Assembly (NCBI GenBank): GCA_046757165.1
Contig: JBHHXT010000046.1
Location: 1-29,644, forward strand
DNA from: a bacterium
GTDB lineage: Bacteria; Zhuqueibacterota; Zhuqueibacteria; Oceanimicrobiales; Oceanimicrobiaceae
Direction: 5' to 3'
DNA: 29,644 nt
This document shows, piece by piece, positions 8,370-17,105 of this stretch; the stretch's first letter is position 1, and the number at the start of each line of letters is the position of its first letter. The position numbers and the translations under genes were made by a program. The notes under the pieces are model-generated. The model ran no database searches, had not been told where the DNA came from, and was given only the letters and a program-made list of their open reading frames with translations.

Positions 8370-9182
8370 TCGCATCCGCTCTTGCAAATCAAGAATCTGA
8401 CCCACCGCTTCGGCGGCGTGATAGCGGTCAATGAGTGCTCTTTTTCGGTTCGCCAGGGTCAGCTATTTTCCATCATCGGACCGAATGGCGCCGGTAAGTC
8501 CACGCTATTCAATTGTATCTGTGGCATCTACCGGCCGACGACGGGCACCATAGAACTTGCAGGCCACAGCATCACCGGGCAAAAGCCACACCACATCGCG
8601 GCCCTGGGGATCGCCCGTACGTTTCAAAATATCGAGCTTTTCTCACACATGACGACCATGCAGAACCTCATGCTCGGGCGTCACCTCTACATGCGCTCCG
8701 GGTTGATGCGATGTGCCGCGGCCTTTTGGCGTCGCGCCCGGGCGATGCAGGAGGAGATTGCCCATCGCGAGCGCGTCGAACAGATCATCGACTTGCTCGA
8801 TTTGCAGTCTGCACGCGATCACATGGTCAGCGCGCTGCCGTACGGACGTCAGAAGCTTGTTGAGCTCGGCCGGGCGCTGGCGTTGGAGCCAAAACTGCTG
8901 CTTCTGGATGAACCTGCCGCCGGCATGACCAGCGAAGAGCGGCAAGATTTGCGTTTCTGGCTCGGGGACATCAAAGAAGAGCTCGGCGTCACCATCGTGA
9001 TGATCGAGCACAACATGCAAATGGTCATGGATATCTCAGACAGAATCCTTGCCATGGACTTCGGCAGGACAATCATCGAAGGGAGTGCTCAGGAGGTCGC
9101 AAATCATCCACAAGTGATCGAGGCGTATCTCGGTGAACAGCAAAAACAACCTGCAACCGCTTCTGAACCTGAACAACGTTGA
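8346..9182 (+). CDS. livG: LIV-family ABC transporter ATP-binding subunit (LivG-like)
   Basis: GPNGAGKST Walker A, RTFQN, LLLLDEP Walker B, EH switch, AYLG. Start uncertain. Confidence 0.9.
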   Translation: MSFEFEYESHPLLQIKNLTHRFGGVIAVNECSFSVRQGQLFSIIGPNGAGKSTLFNCICGIYRPTTGTIELAGHSITGQKPHHIAALGIARTFQNIELFSHMTTMQNLMLGRHLYMRSGLMRCAAAFWRRARAMQEEIAHRERVEQIIDLLDLQSARDHMVSALPYGRQKLVELGRALALEPKLLLLDEPAAGMTSEERQDLRFWLGDIKEELGVTIVMIEHNMQMVMDISDRILAMDFGRTIIEGSAQEVANHPQVIEAYLGEQQKQPATASEPEQR

Positions 9183-9930
9183 GACCTATTATGGCCTGGT
9201 CTGTGCTCTGCACGGCGTCTCACTCGAGGTGATGCCGGGCACGATCACGGCCATACTGGGCAACAACGGCGCCGGCAAATCCACCATTTTGAAGACCGTG
9301 ATGGGACTGCTGGAAGACCAGCCCGACAAAGGCTCGATCACCTTTGATGGCAAGCGGATCGATGGCCGGGATACTGAAGACCTGGTGCGGGCAGGTCTCT
9401 CCTACGTGCCGGAAGGGCGGGAGGTTTTTGAGGAGCTGACCGTCAAGGAGAATCTTGCCATGGGGGCGTACCTGCGACGCGACCGGGCAGCGGTTGCGCG
9501 TGACCTGGCGCGCATGCACGATTATTTTCCCATCTTGCAGGAAAGAGAAGCTCAGCAAGCCGGCACCCTTTCAGGCGGGGAACAGCAGATGTTGGCGATT
9601 GCCCGGGCGCTGCTCAACAAGCCCAGACTCTTGCTGATGGATGAGCCGAGTTTGGGACTCGCACCTGCGCTCGTCACCGAGATCTTCGCGATCCTCACCA
9701 GGATAAACCAGGACGATGGCGTGACCGTGCTCCTGGTCGAGCAAAATGCGAACATGGCCTTGCAAATTGCAGATTACGGCTATGTGCTCGAGAATGGCCG
9801 GGTGGTGTTGAAAGGATCACCGGATGAATTGATGTCAAACGAAGATGTGCAGGAATTCTATCTCGGTTTCAAGACGTCGCAGGCGGCCAAGGGGTATCAA
9901 CGCTGGAAGAGAAAGAAGAGGTGGCGGTGA
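9133..9930 (+). CDS. livF: LIV-family ABC transporter ATP-binding subunit (LivF-like)
   Basis: GNNGAGKST, VPEGR, LSGGEQQM, DEPSLGLAP, VEQN; basic C-terminal tail WKRKKRWR. Confidence 0.9.
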   Translation: MNSKNNLQPLLNLNNVETYYGLVCALHGVSLEVMPGTITAILGNNGAGKSTILKTVMGLLEDQPDKGSITFDGKRIDGRDTEDLVRAGLSYVPEGREVFEELTVKENLAMGAYLRRDRAAVARDLARMHDYFPILQEREAQQAGTLSGGEQQMLAIARALLNKPRLLLMDEPSLGLAPALVTEIFAILTRINQDDGVTVLLVEQNANMALQIADYGYVLENGRVVLKGSPDELMSNEDVQEFYLGFKTSQAAKGYQRWKRKKRWR

Positions 9931-9982
9931 GCAGGGTTGCGAATATCCCCATCTCCAGTACGTCGTTGAATTATGGTCAAAC

Positions 9983-10074
9983 ACGGATCCTACACGGTCT
10001 CTGACCATGTATTATTGGTGGTCCGGATGCTGGCCAGGACACCAAAACACAGTCAGAGACTGTGTTGGATCTGT
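9983..10074. repeat. REP doublet (REPIN-like) forming a long imperfect hairpin inside the operon
   Basis: GATCC-TACACGGTC-tct-GACCATGTA (9986-10011) and, on the minus strand, GATCC-AACACAGTC-tct-GACTGTGTT (10046-10071). Confidence 0.75.
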
Positions 10075-10135
10075 TGGCATCGGGTGTCCAACTCGACAGG
10101 ACTATAAGAACAATATCTTTCATCCGGATAGGAAT

Positions 10136-11953
10136 ATGACTGAACCGAAACCCATTCCCCATCTTTTCCTGGACACGGTTCAACGACTCGGCGATCGCAC
10201 CGCCTTGCGCAAGAAGCAGTATGGCATCTGGCACGACATCAGTTGGAACGACTATCACCAGAGCGTGACAAAGATCGCCAGCGCCCTGCTCGAGATGGGG
10301 CTCGACAAGGAAGACCGGGTCGCCATCATCGGCGACAATTGTCCGGAGTGGGTCATGGTCGATATGGCCGTGCTCTGTGCTGGCGGGGTATCGGTCGGCA
10401 TCTATGCGACCAGCTCAGACGATCAGTGCGAATACGTCCTGACCCATTCCGAGTCGAAATTTCTTTTTGTGGAAAACGAGGAGCAACTGGACAAGTGGCT
10501 TCAGGTTGAGAAAGCGGTCAAGAGCTTGCAGCGAGTGATTGTTTGGGACGTGCTCGGGCTAAGGCATTTTTCCCACCCAAAAGTCATGACTCTGGAGCGG
10601 CTGCTCGAAAGCGGGGCTGAAACAGCACAAGCGCAGCCGGAATTATTGCAAGAACGTCTCGCCGGGATCAGGCTGGAGGACCTTGCCTTCCTGATCTATA
10701 CTTCAGGGACCACAGGCCCCCCAAAGGGCGCGATGCTGTCGCACGGCAATCTCTCCTGGATGTCACACACCATCACGCAACCGAATCCAGTCTCAGTAGA
10801 TGATGAGGTGATGTCTTTCCTGCCTCTGTGCCATATTTTCGAGCGGATCTTTTCCGTCCTGGCGCATGTCAACGTGGGGTACGTGGTCAACTTTATCGAA
10901 AACCTGGATACGGTGACGGACAACATGCGAGAGATCTCCCCGACCGTCGGTTACGGGGTTCCGCGTGCGTGGGAGAAATACTACTCGAGCATCATGCTTC
11001 GCATGGCGGATGCGAGCTGGTTCAAACGCCAGGTTTTCTCCGCAGCGACGCGGATTGGAAAGGCGTATTCTGGCAGAAAAATGTCGAAACAGAACGTGCC
11101 CCTCTGGCTCGCGACCGCTTATTTGCTAGCCAATCTCGTTGTTTTTCGGAAACTGAGACAGCACCTGGGTTTTGACCGCTTGCGGATCGCCTACTCCGGC
11201 GCCGCACCGATCTCACCTGACGTGCTGCGCTTCTTCCAATCGATCGGCATCAATCTCGTCGAAGGGTATGGACAAACAGAGGGCACCGGTGTGACCACGG
11301 CGACCGAGGCCGGGAACGTCAAACTTGGAACGGTCGGTCAGGTGCTCCCGGGAGCCGAAATCAAGATTGCGGAGGACGGTGAAATCCTGCTGAGATCTCC
11401 TGGTGTCTTCAGAGGATATTTTAAGGACCCGCAGGCCACCGCTGCCGCCCTGCACGATGGGTGGCTCAGAACCGGAGACATCGGCGAAATCGACCAGGAC
11501 GGTTTCTTGAGAATCATCGACCGCAAGAAAGATATTCTGATCACGGCCGGCGGGAAGAACATCGCCCCGCAGTACATCGAGAACAAGCTGAAGTTCAGCC
11601 CCTACATCAACGATGCCGTGGTCATTGGCGACCGCCGCAAGTATCTCACGGCCCTGATTATTATCGATGAAGAAAATGTGATGAAGTTTGCGCGCGACCA
11701 CAAGCTGCATTTTTCCACCTACGAAGACCTGACAAAAGTGAAGCAAATCAACGATCTCATCCAGAAGGATGTCGACAAGGTCAACAAAACGGTGGCCCGA
11801 GTCGAGGAGGTTCGGTGCTTTGTCATTCTTCCGAAAATGCTTTATGAAGAAGATGGCGAGGTAACACCCACGATGAAAGTCAAGCGCAGATACATCAACG
11901 AGCAATATCGGGATCTTATTGCCAGCATGTATGAGGATGGAAACCAGGCTTAG
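10136..11953 (+). CDS. Long-chain acyl-CoA synthetase (AMP-binding, FadD15/ACSL-like)
   Basis: YTSGTTGPPKG, FLPLCHIFER, EGYGQTE, TGD, GGKNIAPQ, TPTMKVKR. Start moved to MTEPKP (ATG 10136), because the ORF-track extension runs through a repeat. Confidence 0.9.
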   Translation: MTEPKPIPHLFLDTVQRLGDRTALRKKQYGIWHDISWNDYHQSVTKIASALLEMGLDKEDRVAIIGDNCPEWVMVDMAVLCAGGVSVGIYATSSDDQCEYVLTHSESKFLFVENEEQLDKWLQVEKAVKSLQRVIVWDVLGLRHFSHPKVMTLERLLESGAETAQAQPELLQERLAGIRLEDLAFLIYTSGTTGPPKGAMLSHGNLSWMSHTITQPNPVSVDDEVMSFLPLCHIFERIFSVLAHVNVGYVVNFIENLDTVTDNMREISPTVGYGVPRAWEKYYSSIMLRMADASWFKRQVFSAATRIGKAYSGRKMSKQNVPLWLATAYLLANLVVFRKLRQHLGFDRLRIAYSGAAPISPDVLRFFQSIGINLVEGYGQTEGTGVTTATEAGNVKLGTVGQVLPGAEIKIAEDGEILLRSPGVFRGYFKDPQATAAALHDGWLRTGDIGEIDQDGFLRIIDRKKDILITAGGKNIAPQYIENKLKFSPYINDAVVIGDRRKYLTALIIIDEENVMKFARDHKLHFSTYEDLTKVKQINDLIQKDVDKVNKTVARVEEVRCFVILPKMLYEEDGEVTPTMKVKRRYINEQYRDLIASMYEDGNQA

Positions 11954-11985
11954 TCGTGTTTTCATAAATTCGATACCATATTGCC

Positions 11986-12053
11986 TCACGCAAAGACCGC
12001 AAAGCCCGCAGAGAAATGAAGGTCAAAAACAAACAAACTCTGCGCGCTCGGCG
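11986..12053. repeat. 9-bp periodic inverted repeat (CGCAAAG / CTCTGCG type)
   Basis: CGCAAAGAC CGCAAAGCC CGCAGAG faces CTCTGCGCG CTCGGCG. Confidence 0.6.
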
Positions 12054-12108
12054 TTTTTTGAATACAATAGTGTTTACATTTACGAATTCTTGCACGTAGG
12101 AGGGAATC

Positions 12109-13347
12109 ATGAGAAAGACACGGAACCTTTTGGGTGCGATGCTTTGGGTTGTTGCGTTCACCCTGTTTTTGACAGGCTGTGGCCGGGATTCGGGTATGAG
12201 AGGCGTCACGGACACGGAAATCGTCATCGGCCAATGGGGCCCCCAAACCGGTCCGGCGGCGCTCTGGGGTGCCATCCCGCGGGGCACAGAGGTCTACTTC
12301 AAAATGATCAACGACGAGGGGGGAATCCACGGGCGCAAAATCCGCTATATCATGCGGGACGATGGCTATGACCCGGCGCGGACACGGGCTGCCGTGATAG
12401 AGATGGTGGGCAGTGAAGGCGTGTTCGCCTTTGTTGGCGGTGTGGGTACCGCACCCGGAATGGCGGTCAGGCAGTATCTCATCGACAACAAGATTCCCTG
12501 GATTGCGCCCGCCAGCGGCTCATCGCATTGGGCTTTTCCGGCATCGAAATATGTTTTCAGCGTCTTCCCGCTGTACAGCGATGAAGCGGCGATTCTGACC
12601 GACTATGCGGTCAACCAGCTTGGCAAGAAGAAGGTCGGCATCTTCTATCAGAACGATGATTACGGCAAAGGCGGTCTCATCGGCGCGCAGATGAAGCTCG
12701 AGTCTATGAACATGAGCCTGGTGGAGGCGGTGCCTGTCGAGGTCATGGATAGCGACGTGAGTTCGCATGCGCTCAAACTCCAGAATGCCGGCGCGGAGGT
12801 GGTGCTGTTTTATGTGACGCCCAAACATGCCCCGATGATGCTTACCGAAGCAGCCAAAATCGGGTACTCTCCGACATGGATGAGCTCCAACACCCTCAGC
12901 GACATGGAGCTGATGTACGACATCACCAAGGGGAGGTGGAAAGATGTCATTTTCGCCAACTTCGGTGACCCGCCGGGGGCAGATACTCCGCTGTTGCACA
13001 AGTACTACGAAGCGTTCGGGAAGTACGCCAAAGAGGGAGAACGGTGGGGCACGTTCTTCACAGCCGGCATTTTATTTGCTGAACCGTTGGTCGAAGGGTT
13101 GCGGCGCTGCGGCAGAGATCTGACCACAGAGAATTTTATCAAGGCCATGGAATCCATTCAGGATTTCAAAGGCATCGGGCCGAATATCACGTTTGGCCCG
13201 GGCATCCGGCAGGGCGCCCGGTCTGTCTTCCTGGCCAGATGCAAGACCGGGACCGAATTGGAAATCCTGACGGACTGGGTGGAATCAGATATCGACATCG
13301 AGGAAGCGATTAGACGGTTGGGTGGAACCGCTCCAGCACCAATGTGA
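12109..13347 (+). CDS. LIV-family (Peripla_BP_6) ABC substrate-binding lipoprotein
   Basis: AGGAGG RBS; lipobox LTGC; GVTDTEIVIG, INDEGGIHGRKI, DDGYDP, YQNDDYGK motifs. Confidence 0.9.
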   Translation: MRKTRNLLGAMLWVVAFTLFLTGCGRDSGMRGVTDTEIVIGQWGPQTGPAALWGAIPRGTEVYFKMINDEGGIHGRKIRYIMRDDGYDPARTRAAVIEMVGSEGVFAFVGGVGTAPGMAVRQYLIDNKIPWIAPASGSSHWAFPASKYVFSVFPLYSDEAAILTDYAVNQLGKKKVGIFYQNDDYGKGGLIGAQMKLESMNMSLVEAVPVEVMDSDVSSHALKLQNAGAEVVLFYVTPKHAPMMLTEAAKIGYSPTWMSSNTLSDMELMYDITKGRWKDVIFANFGDPPGADTPLLHKYYEAFGKYAKEGERWGTFFTAGILFAEPLVEGLRRCGRDLTTENFIKAMESIQDFKGIGPNITFGPGIRQGARSVFLARCKTGTELEILTDWVESDIDIEEAIRRLGGTAPAPM

Positions 13348-13619
13348 TAGAAACCCTCGAGGTTCCTTATGGAATTTACAAAGAAAGCGAAATCGAGATT
13401 GACAAGCTGGACCCGGAAGACGGTGCCGTGTACACGCAAAACCCGGAGCTGCAGGAACGAAGCATCCTGATCAAGGGATTCATGAACGGGGATTCCACAG
13501 AAACCTTCACATTTGTCAGCGAATTCAGTGAGGAGCAGAAAAGAGAGTTTAGCCCCGCGCTGGTTCTGGACCAAAACTCGCCTGCCACCAACGTCGTCCT
13601 GGTCGTGTTCACGCTTTAG
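13344..13619 (+). pseudogene. Probable internal fragment of an acidic, beta-rich exported protein (DUF4382-like), truncated by a repeat
   Basis: Protein-like reading frame (VPYGIYKESEIEIDKL..FTFVSEFSEEQKREFSPALVL..TNVVL) with no signal peptide. The last codons and the stop come from the repeat at 13605. Confidence 0.45.
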
Positions 13620-13680
13620 CGTGTTTCCCCCCACCCCAGCAAGCCAAAGCTTGTACACCGCCCCCCGGGTCAAGAACCGC
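13605..13680 (-). repeat. REPIN-like element of about 75 bp (copy 2, inverted relative to 7203-7278)
   Basis: GTGTTCACGCTTTAGCGTGTTTCCCC...CAAGCCAAAGCTTGTACACCG matches the reverse complement of copy 1, including the spacer. Confidence 0.8.
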
Positions 13681-13747
13681 TCAGTTCAAGAAAAGACCCT
13701 TTTGGCTTTCCGGCTCGTCCGGCTCAAGGGTACAAAAGCAATACTCG

Positions 13748-13776
13748 TTGACTTTTGAAAGATTTTCTATTATATT
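13748..13776 (+). promoter_or_regulatory. Sigma70 promoter
   Basis: TTGACT-N17-TATATT, 48 bp upstream of the methyltransferase ATG. Confidence 0.6.
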
Positions 13777-13824
13777 CGATGGTTTTGCGCTCAATGACCA
13801 TGGCCGTAGGGATGTTTACGTCGC

Positions 13825-14418
13825 ATGAAATTATGGGATTGGCGGGCTTCCGCTTATGACTGGTTTCGTAAGCTGCCGCCGTTCAAAGCCCTTGTCGGGG
13901 GAGAAATGGCAAATGCAGCGGACCTACTATCAGATATCGCCTTGAAGCAGGAGGCCTTGCTGGACGTTGGTACGGGTACCGGTCAAGCCCTGCAACTCTT
14001 CCCGCCTGATGTACGTGTTGCGGCCGCTGACAGGTCTTGGGCCATGCTTCAGAAGGCCAGAGGGAGACACGCGCAAAGTAGATTCTTTTTGGCGGATGCT
14101 ACCGCCTTGCCGTTCAAGTCGAGGACATTTTTTCTGGTCACGGCCATCGGCGTGTTCGAATATCAACGTGATGCGCAGCAACTGCTCCGGGAGCTGAAAC
14201 GGGTCACCATGCCTGACGGCTTCGTTTTGCTGACCTACTCGCCACTGAATATCTTCAACTTTCTCAGGTTCATCTGGGGCCTGCCCGTTTATCTCGTCAG
14301 CGCAAGAAAGTTCGACGAGCTTGTGGACAGAGCCGGATTGATTTGTCAAACGAAAAAGAGCAGCCTGATTCAAAAACAAGTTTTACTCACACAGAAGGAG
14401 GGGCATGCCCAAGTATAA
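13825..14418 (+). CDS. Class I SAM-dependent methyltransferase (Methyltransf_11-like)
   Basis: LLDVGTGTG motif I, AADRSWAML, ADATALPF, ELKRVTMPDG. Confidence 0.85.
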   Translation: MKLWDWRASAYDWFRKLPPFKALVGGEMANAADLLSDIALKQEALLDVGTGTGQALQLFPPDVRVAAADRSWAMLQKARGRHAQSRFFLADATALPFKSRTFFLVTAIGVFEYQRDAQQLLRELKRVTMPDGFVLLTYSPLNIFNFLRFIWGLPVYLVSARKFDELVDRAGLICQTKKSSLIQKQVLLTQKEGHAQV

Positions 14419-16228
14419 AGTAAAACGATATATGGTGTTGAGCCGGCGGCTGGGGCAGAAGTTTTCCGGCTATTTCGAGTTCCGGTTCACCGGCCGGTGG
14501 ATGTTGTACAGTTTCATCATCGGGAGTGTTGCCGGCCTGGGGGGCATCGTGTTTTACCATCTTCAGACGGGCATCGAATTGATTTCTTTAAAGGGGCTGG
14601 CTGGTTTTTACCCGCCGCTCCCCGGCGGAGAGGCCGGTCTCACTCCACCCACGGCGTTCAAGTACAACTGGTGGCTCTTGCTCATCCCCACTATCGGCGG
14701 TCTCATCTCAGGTCTGTTGGTCTACACCTGGGCGCCGGAAGCAGAGGGGCACGGCACCGATGGCGTCATCAAGGCATTTCATCACGAGCGCGGGGTCATC
14801 CGCGGCCGCGTGCCGCTCATCAAAACCCTGGCTTCGGCCATCACCATCGGCACCGGCGGAAGCGCCGGCCGCGAAGGGCCAATCGCTCAAATCGGGGCGG
14901 GCTTTGGCTCCTTATTGGCGTCCAAATTGAAGCTGAGCGATTCTGACCGGCGGACGATGGTGGTATCCGGCATGGCCGCCGGCATCGGGAGCATTTTCCT
15001 CTCCCCAATCGGGGGCGCCATGTTTGCCGTTGAGTGCTTGTACCGGGATGATATGGAGACGGAAGGTCTCGTGCCGGCGATCACCTCTTCCATTATTGGA
15101 TACATGGTTTTTGCGAGCATGTTCGGCTGGCACACAATTTTTACCACCGGAGAGTTTGTGTTCCGGAATCCATTGGAGTTGGTGTTCTACGGCATCTTTG
15201 GCTTGTTGTGTGCGTTGCTGGGAATTCTCTATGTCAAAATTTTCTACGGCATGCATGAGAAGGTCTTTGCCCCCCTGAGAATCCCAAAGCACTTCAAGCC
15301 TGCCATCGGTGGTTTGCTGCTCGGCACCACCGGCTTTTTCTTTCCGTATATCATGGGTTCCGGATATGGCTGGATTCAAATGGCTATCGATGGTCAACTT
15401 GCGATAAAGGTGATGTTGATCGGGGCCGTGCTCAAGGTCCTGGCGACTTCATTTTCTATTGGCTCCGGTGGCAGCGGCGGTATCTTTGCCCCCTCGCTGT
15501 TCATCGGTGCCATGCTGGGTGGCGCCTACGGCGGCATTGCGCACACTCTGTTTCCTGATATCATCACGCAGCCAAACGCCTTCGTGCTGGTGGGCATGGC
15601 TGCGTTCTTCGCCGGCGCGGCCAATGTGCCGGTCTCTACCACCATCATCATCACTGAGATGACCGGCAGCTACACCTTGCTCGTGCCGCTGATTTTCACC
15701 TCGACCCTGGCGTTCATCATTGCCCGCAAATGGAGCATTTACAGTCAACAGTTGAAGAACCGCGCCGAATCCCCGGCACACCGAGGCGACCTGATCGTCG
15801 ATATTCTCAAGGAGATTCCGGTGAAAGCCGCCTACAGGCCGGATGCCAACATGCCGCTGATCGAAAACAACATGGCCGTGCAGAGAATCTTGCCGCTCTT
15901 TTCTGATCGGGACGAAGATTGCTTTCCAGTGGTCAATTCCGAGCGTGAGATCACAGGCCTGCTATCCATGAGCTCGCTGCGGGCTGTCATCGGCGAAGAG
16001 GAGATCGACAACATCATCGTAGCCGAGGATATCAAAACGGTTTTTGTTTCCGTTACTCTTGAGGAGAATCTGCATGAAGCACTGGTAACATTCTTGAAAA
16101 CGAAGTATTCATCGCTGCCGGTGGTTGCCAAAGACCGGCCGGATAAGGTTTTGGGCCTTCTGAGCTACCGTGACTTGATCGCCACCTACGATGAGGCGCT
16201 CATCAAGTGGAAGACCGAATCTTCATGA
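14405..16228 (+). CDS. CLC-family chloride channel/transporter with a C-terminal CBS pair
   Basis: GSAGREGP, GGSGGIFAP, EMTG, SIY; C-terminal FPVV / LPVV CBS motifs. AAGGAGG RBS; overlaps the upstream gene by 14 bp. Confidence 0.92.
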   Translation: MPKYKVKRYMVLSRRLGQKFSGYFEFRFTGRWMLYSFIIGSVAGLGGIVFYHLQTGIELISLKGLAGFYPPLPGGEAGLTPPTAFKYNWWLLLIPTIGGLISGLLVYTWAPEAEGHGTDGVIKAFHHERGVIRGRVPLIKTLASAITIGTGGSAGREGPIAQIGAGFGSLLASKLKLSDSDRRTMVVSGMAAGIGSIFLSPIGGAMFAVECLYRDDMETEGLVPAITSSIIGYMVFASMFGWHTIFTTGEFVFRNPLELVFYGIFGLLCALLGILYVKIFYGMHEKVFAPLRIPKHFKPAIGGLLLGTTGFFFPYIMGSGYGWIQMAIDGQLAIKVMLIGAVLKVLATSFSIGSGGSGGIFAPSLFIGAMLGGAYGGIAHTLFPDIITQPNAFVLVGMAAFFAGAANVPVSTTIIITEMTGSYTLLVPLIFTSTLAFIIARKWSIYSQQLKNRAESPAHRGDLIVDILKEIPVKAAYRPDANMPLIENNMAVQRILPLFSDRDEDCFPVVNSEREITGLLSMSSLRAVIGEEEIDNIIVAEDIKTVFVSVTLEENLHEALVTFLKTKYSSLPVVAKDRPDKVLGLLSYRDLIATYDEALIKWKTESS

Positions 16229-16257
16229 TCGCAAACGAATTAAGGAGGTGGCACATC

Positions 16258-17043
16258 ATGGATACACAGGAGAAGAACGGCGTGTTTCGAGTATCGACTT
16301 TTCTGGTTTTCGTGTTCTCGGTCTCTATGAGCTGGCTGACTCCCGAAATCGCCAACTCCGGTTTCACGGCGTGGCAAGAAAAGGCAGATAAAGGGCGTGA
16401 GATCTTGCGCCAGGCTGTGCAAGCCGCAGGCGGCGTCGCAACCTTCAAGAAGCTTGAAAATTTCACCATCAAGACCGAAAGTGAAATCACCGGCAGGCAG
16501 GTGAAAACACGGCTGACAGTCACTGAAACGATGCAGCTTCCAGACAAGACGAAGCAGATTATGGAGCTAGATGCTGGCACCCGTATCCAGGTTCTGAATG
16601 GCAACGATAGCTGGAAGCAAATCAACAACGATGTCAGTGACGTGAGCGCGCTTGAAAAAAAGGAGATGCAACGGGGCGTTTTTCGAGATATGCGCAATTT
16701 GTTCAAACACTTCGAGAGTGCAGAGCTGAAAGTTACATATTTGAGTCAGCAGGTAGTCGCTGGCAAGAACTTTCATGTTTTACAGATCAAAGATTTCACC
16801 GGTGATTTCTTCAATCTCTACATAGACGCAGACACGTTTCTGATTCATAAGATGACCTACCGGGGGGCTGCCGAAGTGGATTTGGCGAAGATGGAAGAGA
16901 TCTACTCCGATTATAGAGAGGTCGATGGCATCAAGATCCCCTTTCATATCATCGTGAAAGCCAACGGCCGGCAGTTTATTGATGCGGTCGTCATCGAGGC
17001 TGAGATCAACTCAGAGTTAGATAAGGAGTTCTTTTATCAGTAG
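16258..17043 (+). CDS. Exported LolA-like (lipoprotein-sorting fold) protein
   Basis: TAAGGAGG RBS before ATG 16258; N-terminal hydrophobic segment; A.GG...K, LYIDADTFLI and YSDYREVDGIKIPF motifs. Confidence 0.7.
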   Translation: MDTQEKNGVFRVSTFLVFVFSVSMSWLTPEIANSGFTAWQEKADKGREILRQAVQAAGGVATFKKLENFTIKTESEITGRQVKTRLTVTETMQLPDKTKQIMELDAGTRIQVLNGNDSWKQINNDVSDVSALEKKEMQRGVFRDMRNLFKHFESAELKVTYLSQQVVAGKNFHVLQIKDFTGDFFNLYIDADTFLIHKMTYRGAAEVDLAKMEEIYSDYREVDGIKIPFHIIVKANGRQFIDAVVIEAEINSELDKEFFYQ

Positions 17044-17105
17044 GCAGGCTTAGCGTGGTGGAAAGCAGGATTCTGACCATGTACAAAGAGAGCCGTCTTG
17101 CACGC

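Noticed and set aside
9845..10135. 97-aa N-terminal extension of the second acyl-CoA ligase in the ORF track
   Set aside because: It overlaps livF and reads through a REP doublet; family similarity starts at MTEPKP (10136).
3308..13347. Dehalogenase plus ligases as a haloalkane degradation pathway
   Set aside because: A 250-bp gap with a hairpin and a separate promoter intervenes, and no alcohol or aldehyde dehydrogenase is in the window.
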